A DNA stretch of 64,000 bases from Clostridiales bacterium (GCA_022801595.1 JAAWSO010000005.1:57622-121621); one strand, 5' to 3'; numbered from the stretch's first letter, positions 47,743-57,706 are shown. The notes: generated from the sequence alone by a model not told the origin. Program-made: numbers and translations.

Positions 47743-49002
47743 TCATTCCTCTTCCTGATCCTTTGTCCGCTGCGCAGGGATCCGTGGTTCGCTTAAGGGA
47801 AGCTCCTGTTGCCCTTTGAAAGTAATTTTATTCCCAAGATATTTGAATTCACCATCGTCAGACGGCATCACTGTTACTTCATGTGTAAAAAGGCAGTCGG
47901 TCTGCTTATCCAGACACATAACAGTTACTTTTAGTGTGATGGAGCCGTCTTCGTTTTTGACTACCTCTGTGACTTCTGGTATGACGGTTGGGAAGTAGGC
48001 TATATTGGAGCAATTCAGATCCTGCCAGGGATATATATCTTTTTCAGAATCATACAAAGTTTTTTCTCTGAACGCAGATAAAGGGATCTCGAAATACGGC
48101 AGTATCGTCGCGTCAAATATTTCTGCCGGAATACAGCAGTAGTAATATGGATACGGCTCATCTACATCTACCTGCTCAAAATCTCTCGCATAAATATAGT
48201 CATTATTCCTCAATCGGTACAGTGCTTCAAATAGGTCATTAAAGCACAAGCTGCCGTAATTGGAAGTATCCCAGTCGCAGAGGAATAGATTCACGTTATA
48301 ATAGCCAATAGGCATAATGTATTTTGCATTTAGATCATACAGCGTTTTATCTACTGGTTTCAGGCGCAATAATCTTGCCGCATCCCAGCCTCTGCTCTCA
48401 CCCACATCCTGGTAGTAAAAGTTATTATCACTGGTCATATCCCAGTTTAGGACTTCCTTTTTCGTCCCGCTTCTGACCTCAAGCTTTCCTTGCTCGTTCC
48501 ATTCTGTTAATGCGTAAATAGCGGTTGCCTCACCGTCTGCATACTGGAGAGAACCGTAATATAGTGCGCCTGAAGATAAAACTTCCCAAAACTCTGTTTC
48601 TGCATCTCGATTTTCTTGAACAGCTTCCCAAAATGAGTATATGTCTTGAGCATTTTCGAGATAGTCAGGATATATGCTGTCACTGTTCATAATGGGATAA
48701 CCAGCTTCGATTAGAGTAGTTTCAATTGCATCAATCGTCTCTTGGGATAAATCAAGTTTATCCGGCCAGTTTTGGGAAACCTGTTTCTCTGCGTTGTACA
48801 GTGATACCAACTTTTCGACTTTCCCTTGAATTTCATCTTTCTTTTCACTGGAGAGTTTCTCCCCATCATACCGAGCATTTAACGGTTCATCCTTTGAATC
48901 CTCGCTATTTGAAGTTCCACCATTGGAGGAAGAATTCGTGCAGCCATTAAGTACAGTGATAAGCATGAGCATCAAAGCAATAAAAGATATCAACTTTTTC
49001 AT
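47743..49002 (-). CDS. lipoprotein of unknown function
   Basis: 419 aa. Signal/lipobox LMLITVLNGC. Aromatic-rich soluble domain. Possibly DUF6070-like, but not verified. Confidence 0.6.
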   Translation of the reverse strand: MKKLISFIALMLMLITVLNGCTNSSSNGGTSNSEDSKDEPLNARYDGEKLSSEKKDEIQGKVEKLVSLYNAEKQVSQNWPDKLDLSQETIDAIETTLIEAGYPIMNSDSIYPDYLENAQDIYSFWEAVQENRDAETEFWEVLSSGALYYGSLQYADGEATAIYALTEWNEQGKLEVRSGTKKEVLNWDMTSDNNFYYQDVGESRGWDAARLLRLKPVDKTLYDLNAKYIMPIGYYNVNLFLCDWDTSNYGSLCFNDLFEALYRLRNNDYIYARDFEQVDVDEPYPYYYCCIPAEIFDATILPYFEIPLSAFREKTLYDSEKDIYPWQDLNCSNIAYFPTVIPEVTEVVKNEDGSITLKVTVMCLDKQTDCLFTHEVTVMPSDDGEFKYLGNKITFKGQQELPLSEPRIPAQRTKDQEEE

Positions 49003-49286
49003 GATTTTGACCTTGCCCTCCCATCAAGCAGCAAGGTATAAAGCATAAACCCCTGGATGAAATATGAATATTTGTGCGATGACTGCGCCCACGGGGCGGT
49101 CACATTGCAGAATATATTGTTTTATTATAACAAAAGCAAACCGCATTTTCTCAACTTTTCATATCCATCAAATGATAGGCCCAGATGGCAACGCTTTAAA
49201 GAACCCTCATTCTAATAATAGTTAATTGCTGTCATCCGAAAGATGTCGGCCTGTTGATTCCAGCATATAGCATTTCCTATATCCTT

Positions 49287-49336
49287 ATAAAAAGCACAGA
49301 ACCGATCTATCTCTTTCCGATGTATCAGTTCTGTGC
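49287..49336 (-). terminator. rho-independent terminator after the ABC-2 permease
   Basis: Minus strand: GCACAGAAC ... GTTCTGTGC (25-nt loop) followed by TTTTTAT. Confidence 0.6.
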
Positions 49337-49366
49337 CTATCATGATAATGCAATTCATCTTGTATC

Positions 49367-50128
49367 TTATAATCGTTTCCGCTCAAAGAAAGCCACCGCC
49401 AATATCATGCATAGGATCGCCATAAATCCTGCTACTGCTATACTGGCATAATAGTCTCCTGGACTATTTGCCCCCTGCAATAATGACATGCCATCCATGA
49501 GCTTTATTGGGAGAAACGTACTAAGCTTAGGAAACATACTTAGTATATATCCCCCCAGAATAACGCCTCCGACTCCTGAAAGCACCTGTATACTGCTCTG
49601 TGCTACAGCTGAGAAAAACAGCAGAAGTGCAATCACCCATACCCCGAATATCCAAGTCAAGGCAGCGGCAAGGAATAGCTGATTTGCAATGCTGTTATCC
49701 CAAAAAAACACATTGTATCCATAAGTAACCCCAAAACAGATCCAATAGAGCATGGTCCACGCAGCAAAAATCATCAGTGCTTTTGCAAATACAATTTTCC
49801 GTCTGGATAATCCTTTTGTAACTGAAGGAACCAATGTTCCTTTTTGATATTCAGTTGTGAAATTACTGCTGCATATTAAGATAAATATAATAAGCCCTAC
49901 CGGAATGTTCTTATAAAACTGTGTCCATGAAGTCATGGCGTCAACTGTAACAGCAGCCGTAACAAGCCCGGTATCCGCAAGGGATTCGGAAAAGGTTTCC
50001 ATCAACCAGGGCGTCAGCTTTGCCAAGGCAGGATTCATGATCCCAAACAAGATGAAAACCAGCAGCAGAATCAGCAGGCGTCCGGTCCGACACAATTCCA
50101 TCCATTCTTTTTTTAGGAACGCCATCAT
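49367..50128 (-). CDS. ABC-2-type exporter permease
   Basis: 253 aa with six TM segments. Start overlaps the end of the ATPase pseudogene. Confidence 0.7.
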   Translation of the reverse strand: MMAFLKKEWMELCRTGRLLILLLVFILFGIMNPALAKLTPWLMETFSESLADTGLVTAAVTVDAMTSWTQFYKNIPVGLIIFILICSSNFTTEYQKGTLVPSVTKGLSRRKIVFAKALMIFAAWTMLYWICFGVTYGYNVFFWDNSIANQLFLAAALTWIFGVWVIALLLFFSAVAQSSIQVLSGVGGVILGGYILSMFPKLSTFLPIKLMDGMSLLQGANSPGDYYASIAVAGFMAILCMILAVAFFERKRL

Positions 50129-51021
50129 TTTCCCACCACCTCCATAAACAGATCCTCTAAAGACGCTTCCTGCCGTTCTATCCGCACAATCGGCGTCCGC
50201 TTATCCGCAAGAAAACGCAGAACGTCCGGCAAACGTCCAACATCCTCCAGCAACAGGCTGTTTCGTCCTGTAGATTTCAAGCAAGGGAAAGCTAACAAAA
50301 GCATCTGTATATCTTCTGATTGTTCCAGCTGCAGTTCGGTTGCTGCCGTCTTCTTGACCAACCGCACTTCCTCAAGCGTTCCTTGCAGGACAATTTTTCC
50401 TTCATGCAGAAATGCAATCTCACTCACAGATATGCTCTACATCCGAAAGGATGTGTGTGGAAAAGAGCACTGTTGTCTGCTCCTTCGCATTTACCAGAAT
50501 ATCTAATAATTCCTTACGCCCAGCAGGATCCAGTGCGGAGGTTGGCTCATCACAAATCAAAAGTTTGGGATGACCAAACAGAGCCTGCGCAACGCCCAAT
50601 CGCTGTTTCATACCTCTGGAAAAGCCTTTATCCGACGATTTTCTTTTTCCAACCCCACCAGACAAAGCAGTTCCTCGCTGCGCAGCTTGATTTCTCTTGC
50701 CGACATACCGGTGATTTCCCCGCAAAAACGCAAATACTCCACTGGGGTCATATAGGAATAAAATTCTGGGATATCCGGCAAGTATCCTACAAATCGATTT
50801 GTTGCTGTGTTTCCATAGTGAACTGGCTCCCCATTCACAGAGATTTCCCCACCATCGCTGGCAAGCAGACCGAGGATCAATTTCATGGCGGTAGTTTTTC
50901 CAGCGCCATTTTGCCCTACAAATCCAAACACAGTATGCTGTGGGACCGAAAAGCTGACGTCCCTAAGCACCTGTTTTTCTCCAAAATGTTTCGCTACATG
51001 TGAAAGAGTCAGCATATCCAT
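50125..51021 (-). pseudogene. ABC transporter ATP-binding protein split into three frames
   Basis: Fragment 1 has Walker A GQNGAGKTT. Fragment 2 has the signature FSRGMKQRL and Walker B LLICDEP. Fragment 3 has SEIAFLHEGKIV. The shifts are near 50625 (AAAGG) and at 50425-50432, where the tandem GTGAGTGA looks like a 4-bp duplication. Confidence 0.8.
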
Positions 51022-51022
51022 A

Positions 51023-51226
51023 TCAGCTGTCCTCTCTCCCCAACAGAAAATACAAAATCGGTCCAATAAACTGCATTCCGATCAGCACAACGGCAATCCA
51101 CAGTCCACGACTGCCGCGCCTATATGTTTTATGCGTTAGAATGTGATAAAGCGTATAGGCAAGCAACGCAATTTCAACCACGGCCAGTGGAATCAGAAAA
51201 GGCAACATTTCTTTTATATCAGGCAT
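51023..51226 (-). CDS. PLDc_N-domain small membrane protein
   Basis: 67 aa with two TM segments. LWIAVVLIGMQFIGPILYFLLGR is typical of PLD-nuclease-N-terminal-domain proteins. Confidence 0.65.
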   Translation of the reverse strand: MPDIKEMLPFLIPLAVVEIALLAYTLYHILTHKTYRRGSRGLWIAVVLIGMQFIGPILYFLLGREDS

Positions 51227-52349
51227 TCTTCACACCTCCTTCCGTCAACCTGTGAACAATCCTCAAAAAATCATCTTTATCCTTTATGCTTTCAAAGGCA
51301 GGATGTGACAGAGCCGCCTGTAGGTTCTGCTGAATAAAGCTCTTATCCCGAGGAGGCATATTTCCCAAAGGCAGACGTTCAATCCACACATCCAACAAAT
51401 TGAAGTAATCGTCTCCGTGAAGCTCGATTCGTTCTGCTTTCATAAGCTTACATACACACTTTTCAAAACGGCAGAGAGCGGCCAGGGCTTCTGCTTCGTT
51501 CCCATTTACAGCATAAACAACTGCAGATTGAAAATAAAACTGGGCGGCGGCATTCGGGTGAAGCGTATCCAAATGATACAGTTCCATGATTCCTGTTGTA
51601 CGGTGAATCGTTTCCTCGCACCAGGCCATATCATTTTCGTTCAGGGAAAGTGCCAGTACAGCGTCTCCAATCAGATTCAGCAGGTCTAAATATTGTTTTG
51701 TCTGTGCATAGCTTCTTGCCTTTTCCGTGCTGCCGGCTAACTGATAAGCCTGGACCAATAAAGTCCCGTTTTGTCCTGCAAGACGGCTGAGATCTGCAGA
51801 AGGCTCCAGTATCTCAATGACTGCTGCTGGTTTTCCAAGCTGCAGCTGCAGCTCTGCCTCCAGAACTACAGCATCGCTGCAAACACCCACATCACTACAA
51901 TTCTCCAGAATCCGGTCGCACCATGCCACTGCTTCCTGCAAAAGTGATTTGCGTGTCTCCTCAGTTTCTGCCAGCATGCAGTGGTTCAAGTACAAAACGC
52001 TGAGCTGGAGGAGAAATGGGTAACAGGCGTAATATTTATGAGCAAGCGCCCTGGTCATCTCCAATGCATCCGCAAAGGGAAGTGTTGCAAAGTTCTTGGA
52101 GAGCTCCGCATATTGACGCCGAATCTGTTCACTGGAAAGCTGTGCTTCATATCCAAGCAGTTCATCCACTGTTACATCAAAATAAGTAGCCAACTGGGGC
52201 AAAAGCAAAATATCTGGCGTACTGATTCCTTTCTCCCATTTTGAAACAGACGCCTTTGTTACCCCCACAAAATCCGCCAGTTCCTCCTGTGTTAGTTTCT
52301 TTTCATGCCGAAGCCGGATCATATTATCTGGTAAATTCAGTCTATTCAT
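51219..52349 (-). CDS. XRE-family HTH regulator with helical-repeat C-terminal domain
   Basis: 376 aa. N-terminal HTH IRLRHEKKLTQEELADFVGVTKASVSKWEKG. The remainder is alpha-helical and TPR-like. Confidence 0.8.
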   Translation of the reverse strand: MNRLNLPDNMIRLRHEKKLTQEELADFVGVTKASVSKWEKGISTPDILLLPQLATYFDVTVDELLGYEAQLSSEQIRRQYAELSKNFATLPFADALEMTRALAHKYYACYPFLLQLSVLYLNHCMLAETEETRKSLLQEAVAWCDRILENCSDVGVCSDAVVLEAELQLQLGKPAAVIEILEPSADLSRLAGQNGTLLVQAYQLAGSTEKARSYAQTKQYLDLLNLIGDAVLALSLNENDMAWCEETIHRTTGIMELYHLDTLHPNAAAQFYFQSAVVYAVNGNEAEALAALCRFEKCVCKLMKAERIELHGDDYFNLLDVWIERLPLGNMPPRDKSFIQQNLQAALSHPAFESIKDKDDFLRIVHRLTEGGVKNA

Positions 52350-52880
52350 AATCTTTGTTCTCCCAAATTTCTCAAAGTATAAAATATGTTCGCGATATTA
52401 TTATAGCAAGAAGGAACATCCCAATTCAATCGACTATCACGATACTTTGGTATATAAAATCAACCATTGGGAAACTTACTATGCTTTGTAATATAGCTGC
52501 CTTTGGGAATTATTAGACTGACCCTGCTTTTGGATATCGTATCGACATAGATATAGCACAAAAAAAGCTGTTCAAAACAGCCTCTGTAAAAAGATATGTA
52601 GACAAAAACCAACAGAGAAAAAACTGTCAACCTTACTCAAAAAGCCCCCACCGTGGTGGAAGTTGCCATTTTGTCGTTTATGTGTTCCCTATAAATCCGC
52701 CACAATCAAGCTGTTTCTACTCTTTACATGACAGACAAATTTCTGCTATAATTGCATTGATATTTTTCACTCTTTTAAAAAGAGAATTCGACCTCTGCTC
52801 CCCCTATTATACCTCCTTTTTCCAATCGGGGCAATCAGTCAGGAATTGCAGAATCAGACCAACAAAAGGGAGAAACGGTC

Positions 52881-53442
52881 ATGAGCGATATAATGAGATT
52901 TACCAGAAGGGAAGAATTTAGAAAATGGCTGTCTGAGCACTGTCAATCCAACGCCGGCGTCTGGCTTTTATTTGGCAAGGCGGGCGAGCCGAAGACGATA
53001 AAAGCGGGAGAGGCGCTGGAAGAGGCCCTCTGCTTTGGGTGGATTGACGGACAGATGCAATGGATTGACGATAAAACCTACCAAAAATATTTTTCCCAGC
53101 ACCGTGCTGGGAGCAAGTGGTCGGAGAAAAACAAGGCACTGGCCCAGCGTCTGGGGGAACGGGGCCTTATGACCGATTTCGGGCGGAAGAAAATGGAGGA
53201 AGCCAAGAAGAACGGCCAGTGACACGCCCCCAGCCCTATGGCCGTGACAGAGGAGCAGATCGCCCAGCTTTCCGCACTGCTGGAGGACCATGAGCCAGCC
53301 TTCACAAATTTTCAGGCCATGTCCTTGTCTGTGAAGAAAACCTATTACGCGGGCATATTTTGACGCAAAGACCGACGCTGGACTGGAAAAGCGCATCGCC
53401 TGGATGGTGGACAGGCTCAATCAAAATCTAAAACCTATGTGA
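52881..53442 (+). pseudogene. YdeI/OmpD-associated-family protein, disrupted
   Basis: The frame ends KKNGQ TGA where relatives, as I recall, have W. It continues in frame (TEEQIAQLSALLEDHEPAFTNFQAMSLSVKKTYYAGIF). A +1 shift in a T4 run then gives DAKTDAGLEKRIAWMVDRLNQNLKPM. Confidence 0.65.
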
Positions 53443-53826
53443 TGGTCAAGCTGTCTATTAACACGTTCTAAGCTAATGCGCATTCTAAACCGCGAAGCAG
53501 GAAGTCCTAACCAAAAGTAAGGAAATTATAATATTCTACCACTCCAGCATGTCCGAATGGCTTTTACGCCATCCGGACGTTTTTCTATCCTGCCACTTCT
53601 GGACACAGCGGGGCTACGGTCCTGGCTGCCGCTTCCCACCTCTCCTTCCATTTCAATCTGTCCCTCCCCATCGTATCTAAATGGAAGTTATATATGATGA
53701 CTATCGAATTGGCCAATCCCCCACCTGACTGAGCTTATCACTATGAAAGTGACGGACAAGATCGCTGTGGTTCTCTCCATCAAGGGATGCCTATGCGACG
53801 TTCCGAAGTACCTCCTTTTATTTATT

Positions 53827-54643
53827 TTAGAAAAAGAAGACAACTCCAATATGCTTGCTTATATTATTCTTTTTGTGTATCATAACGGTTATAATAGAAG
53901 CAAGTACAATCACTGTATTTGCGGCAATAGTTCCCGCCCAAGTCATCGTCATAGCGCCGAAGATAGAGAAAGCCGCGTTGTATATGGTATGAAATAGTAC
54001 GCACATAAACACATAGCTTTTACCTGATACTTTGTAGATCGCTCCAAAGAAAAACCTAAAAGCCATGCATTGAACGGCAAACATCCAGAAGTTAATTAGT
54101 CCTTCTCCATGATTTGTCCCCGGTATGAAGAAGAGGGGGATATGCCATAATATCCAAATAAGCCCTGTAAAGACACAAGATAAAACGTAACCAAATTTTT
54201 TTCAAGCCCTGGTTGCATTATATACGTCCATCCAGCCTCCTCCAAACCTCCGATAAAACGATTACCAGGTATGGAAAGAAAAAGCGTATAAAATGGAAGT
54301 GCCATTTCTACACGTCCCAAAACTGCGGCGTGTATTGAAAAGTATAATACCACCCCTGCAACAACGTACAAATAAGGATATACATTATTTTTAGCATAGA
54401 AAACAGTTTTCAACCATTCCTGAAAATTAGCTACTTTATTGTTTTTCTTTAGAACAATAAAAGACGCAATAGCTGGTGACAAAATATAGATTGCAAAAGG
54501 AATATTCATTCCAAATTGCTCTAATGTATTAACCCAACTATAAACTCTATATCCGAATTGACCAAGAACAATCAAAATACCTGCTACTAGGCAATAAAAA
54601 ATGTCAGAGCTATAAAATGCACTGTAATTTTTTTGTCTGTCAT
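53827..54643 (-). pseudogene. CPBP-family intramembrane protease (Abi-like), two frameshifts
   Basis: MTDKKITVHFIALTFF shifts at an A/T6 run (54596-54601) into ...GGLEEAGWTYIMQPGLEK. It shifts again at an A/T7 run (54196-54202) into FGYVLSCVFTGLIWILWHIPLFFIPG...FHTIYNAAF. CPBP motifs EExxW, WH and HxxxN are present. Confidence 0.7.
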
Positions 54644-55131
54644 GACATCTTCTCCTTACATGACTTGTATAGAATATAAACTGTTTTGGATAATCTTTGA
54701 ATCAGAAAATTGTTCGGGATGCATTTTTTGAAAGCTTCTGTTTGTCTACCCACTTTACTCCCTCCTAACTATAAATTGGTTGTATATTACAAGTTATATA
54801 ACATTTGAAATAATTTACTTTTACAGCGTTTCATTATCGAAAATTCAACTTCGTATTATTGCTATAATCTGCACTTTATTATGTAATATTATATCTCATA
54901 TTTCTGTATGTTTACACCATATTTATTCTTTTAGATTGCTACTCGACAACGCGGATTCTTCACATCTTGAAGACAGATCTATGTCTGCAAAATATCCAAA
55001 AATTCAACTATGTATATTCATACAGTAGCAAGCTTGTCTTGTGATTTTATGCAGGAATTATATATATTTATTCTATCGTTTTCCCCAATTTTGCCCCAAA
55101 AACGCCCAAAAAGCTGTTTTGGAAATCAAAT

Positions 55132-55174
55132 GTCAAAAACCCGAAAAAACCCATTAATACTGCACTTTTTCGGG
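55132..55174 (-). terminator. rho-independent terminator after queA
   Basis: Minus strand: CCCGAAAAA ... TTTTTCGGG followed by TTTTTG. Confidence 0.7.
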
Positions 55175-55198
55175 CTCTCTCCTACTCAAAATTTTTAT

Positions 55199-56224
55199 TC
55201 ATACCACGAGCATTGCATCGCCAAAACTAAAAAAACGGTATTTTTCTTGTACGGCTATTTGATAAGCATGCATAATAGAATCATGTCCTGCAAACGCAGA
55301 AACCAACATAATTAAAGTACTTTCCGGCAAATGAAAATTTGTAATTAAACCATCCAGTACTTTAAATTCATAACCAGGATAAATAAAGATATCCGTCCAG
55401 TCCTCACTGGCTTGTATGTTTCCCATTTTGCTAGCAATGGATTCTAGGGTACGGCAACTGGTTGTCCCAACACCGATAATACGTCCTCCCTGTCGCTTGG
55501 TTCGGTTGATTAGATCAGCAGTTTCTAGGGAGAGTGTATAATGCTCAAAATGCATTTTATGCTCTTGGATGTTGTCAACACTAACTGGACGGAAAGTGCC
55601 TAATCCTACGTGCAGAGTAACAAATCCAACCGAAATTCCTTTTTCTTTTACTTGTTCCAGCAGTTCTGGTGTAAAGTGGAGTCCAGCAGTGGGTGCAGCG
55701 GCAGAACCAAGCTCACGAGAATAAACTGTCTGATATCGTTCCTTATTTTCCAGTTTTTGCGTAATATAAGGTGGCAGGGGCATCTGACCGATTTGATCCA
55801 AAATCGAAAAGAAATTTCCCTCGTACTCAAATTTAACCAAGCGATTGCCATCGTCCAGTGCGTCCAGAACTTCGCACTGAAGTAAGCCGCCTCCAAAAGT
55901 AAAGCGGGAGCCAGGTTTTGCTTTTTTGCCAGGACCAGCCAAAGTTTCCCAAACATCTTGCTCCCGATGGGTCAGAAGAAGGAATTCTACCTGAGCGCCG
56001 GTTCCTTCTTTGAGTCCATACAGACGGGCAGGCAGAACGCGGGAATCATTTAAAATCAGACAGTCGCCTGGGTTCAAATAATCTAGAATATCCCGAAAAT
56101 GCCGATGCTCGATGACTCCAGTTTTGCGATCCAATACCAACAAGCGGGAAGCATCTCTCGGCTCTACTGGTGTTTGAGCAATTAATTCTTTTGGCAAATC
56201 ATAGTAAAAGTCTTTGGTTTCCAT
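55199..56224 (-). CDS. queA: S-adenosylmethionine:tRNA ribosyltransferase-isomerase
   Basis: 341 aa. [46 protein letters not shown] motifs. Confidence 0.95.
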   Translation of the reverse strand: METKDFYYDLPKELIAQTPVEPRDASRLLVLDRKTGVIEHRHFRDILDYLNPGDCLILNDSRVLPARLYGLKEGTGAQVEFLLLTHREQDVWETLAGPGKKAKPGSRFTFGGGLLQCEVLDALDDGNRLVKFEYEGNFFSILDQIGQMPLPPYITQKLENKERYQTVYSRELGSAAAPTAGLHFTPELLEQVKEKGISVGFVTLHVGLGTFRPVSVDNIQEHKMHFEHYTLSLETADLINRTKRQGGRIIGVGTTSCRTLESIASKMGNIQASEDWTDIFIYPGYEFKVLDGLITNFHLPESTLIMLVSAFAGHDSIMHAYQIAVQEKYRFFSFGDAMLVV

Positions 56225-56271
56225 GAAAAATCTCCCGTTCTTTTTTTCGTTGCTTTTTTATTATAAATAAA

Positions 56272-56300
56272 TTGACAAGTAATAGCAAGCATGGTATGAT
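56272..56300 (+). promoter_or_regulatory. sigma-A promoter of the asd-dapA-dapB leader
   Basis: TTGACA, 17-nt spacer, TATGAT. Confidence 0.6.
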
Positions 56301-56315
56301 AAAAACAATATTTAA

Positions 56316-56490
56316 TAGAAGATAGAGGCGCGTCTTTTAGGAGTAACAAGAAGTTAGGTTGCCGGAGCCAGTGAGGTCTTGCGAAAGGAGAAGTCGCCGA
56401 AGGGGATGTGTGGCAAGCATCCACCTGGTTGTATTCGTGAAATATCTTTACAACTGTCATCATGTATTTATGATGTTGGGCTATCGTAAT
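56316..56490 (+). promoter_or_regulatory. lysine riboswitch (L-box)
   Basis: Conserved blocks are present in order: GATAGAGGCGCG, AGGAGTAAC, GTTGCCGGAG, GCGAAAGGAG, GTCGCCGAAGGGG, CACCTGG, TGTTGGGCTATCG. Sits upstream of lysine-pathway genes. Confidence 0.85.
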
Positions 56491-56555
56491 ATCCTCCTCC
56501 CTACCTAAGCTTTTGGAGGAACGAATTCGAATAGTACAATTCTATTTATTTGATG

Positions 56556-56583
56556 ACCGGTTTTTTGGAACCGGTTTTTTTAT
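56556..56583 (+). terminator. riboswitch expression-platform terminator
   Basis: ACCGGTT ttttgg AACCGGT followed by a T7 run, 45 nt before the asd start. Confidence 0.75.
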
Positions 56584-56626
56584 TGAATATTTTTAATGAT
56601 TTTTAACTAATTAGGAGGAACTTCCC

Positions 56627-57706
56627 ATGAGAAAGTATAACGTTGGTATTATCGGCGCAACTGGCATGGTTGGCCAAAGATTTGCAACTTTGCTGGAGAA
56701 CCATCCTTGGTTTCATGTGACGGCTTTAGCAGCTAGTTCTCGTTCTGCGGGAAAAACCTATCGGGAGGCGGTTGGTTCCCGTTGGGTAATGGCAAAGGAG
56801 ATGCCAAAAGATATGGCGGATATGATCATTATGGATGCAACTGCTGACGTGGAAAAGATTGCTGCTATGGTAGATTTTGTATTCTGTGCAGTTGACATGC
56901 AAAAAGACGAAATCCGTGCATTGGAGGAAACCTATGCCAAAGCGGAATGTCCGGTAATGTCCAACAATAGCGCGCATCGTTTTACTCCAGATGTTCCCAT
57001 GATTATTCCAGAGATCAATGACTCCCATGCAGAAATTATATATGCACAGCGAAAACGTTTGGGTACCAAACGTGGTTTTATTGCGGTAAAATCCAACTGT
57101 TCCCTGCAAAGTTATGTTCCGGCGGTGAATGCTTTGATGGATCTTGGGGTGACGAAAGTGTTGGCCTGCACCTATCAGGCTATTTCCGGCGCTGGCAAGA
57201 CCTTGGAAAGTTGTCCAGATATCCTGGATAATGTAATTCCATATATCGGTGGTGAGGAAGAAAAGTCGGAAAAAGAGCCAATGAAAATTTGGGGCCATAT
57301 TGAGGGGGGACAAATTGTTCCAGCTACCTCCCCTAGTGTGACTGCGCAATGCCTGCGTGTTCCAGTGTCTGATGGACACACAGCAGCAGTTTTTGTATCC
57401 TTCAATAAAAAGATCAGTATGGATGAAATCATTGCGAAATGGGAATCCTATCGCGGTGCAGCGCAAGAGCTGGATCTGCCTAGTGCACCAAAGCAATTTC
57501 TCCATTATTTCCGGGAAGATAACCGTCCGCAGCCAAAATTGGACCGGAATCTGGAAAATGGTATGGCTGTTTCAGTTGGCCGATTGCGTCCAGATACACA
57601 GTATGATATCAAATTTGTATGTTTGTCTCATAATACCCTGCGCGGCGCAGCGGGCGGCGCAGTATTGATGGCAGAGTTGCTTTGTGCAAAAGGTTACTTA
57701 GACTAA
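56627..57706 (+). CDS. asd: aspartate-semialdehyde dehydrogenase
   Basis: 359 aa. [13 protein letters not shown] Rossmann motif. Active-site region SNCSLQS. Confidence 0.9.
   Translation: MRKYNVGIIGATGMVGQRFATLLENHPWFHVTALAASSRSAGKTYREAVGSRWVMAKEMPKDMADMIIMDATADVEKIAAMVDFVFCAVDMQKDEIRALEETYAKAECPVMSNNSAHRFTPDVPMIIPEINDSHAEIIYAQRKRLGTKRGFIAVKSNCSLQSYVPAVNALMDLGVTKVLACTYQAISGAGKTLESCPDILDNVIPYIGGEEEKSEKEPMKIWGHIEGGQIVPATSPSVTAQCLRVPVSDGHTAAVFVSFNKKISMDEIIAKWESYRGAAQELDLPSAPKQFLHYFREDNRPQPKLDRNLENGMAVSVGRLRPDTQYDIKFVCLSHNTLRGAAGGAVLMAELLCAKGYLD

Larger units (their letters stand above)
26200..55130. mobile_element. putative horizontally acquired accessory island (decayed; no integrase seen)
   Basis: Visibly GC-richer than both flanks. 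Lies between the normally linked tgt and queA. Cargo-type content (regulators, ABC exporters, DUF3795/3788/3784, VOC, flavodoxin-like) and many disrupted genes. Boundaries are approximate. Confidence 0.5.

Noticed and set aside
44932-53442. Possibility that in-frame TGA codons (GyrI-like near 45104; YdeI-like at 53220-53222) indicate TGA recoding (Trp, Gly or Sec).
   Set aside because: TGA is used as an ordinary stop by many intact genes here, for example dxs. No SECIS-like context was seen. The same island also has TAG stops and frameshifts, so decay is the simpler explanation.
26200-55130. Explaining all island frameshifts as homopolymer sequencing errors.
   Set aside because: This is only partly rejected. 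Three lesions are base substitutions to stop codons and one looks like a 4-bp duplication. Long homopolymers inside core genes are in frame. Read-level verification is still needed.
56182-56463. 93-aa minus-strand ORF upstream of queA.
   Set aside because: It covers the plus-strand promoter and lysine riboswitch. queA starts convincingly at 56224.
56726-57505. 259-aa ORF on the minus strand.
   Set aside because: It lies entirely antisense to asd, which has clear family motifs. Its composition (many C/H/W/R/F residues) is typical of antisense noise.
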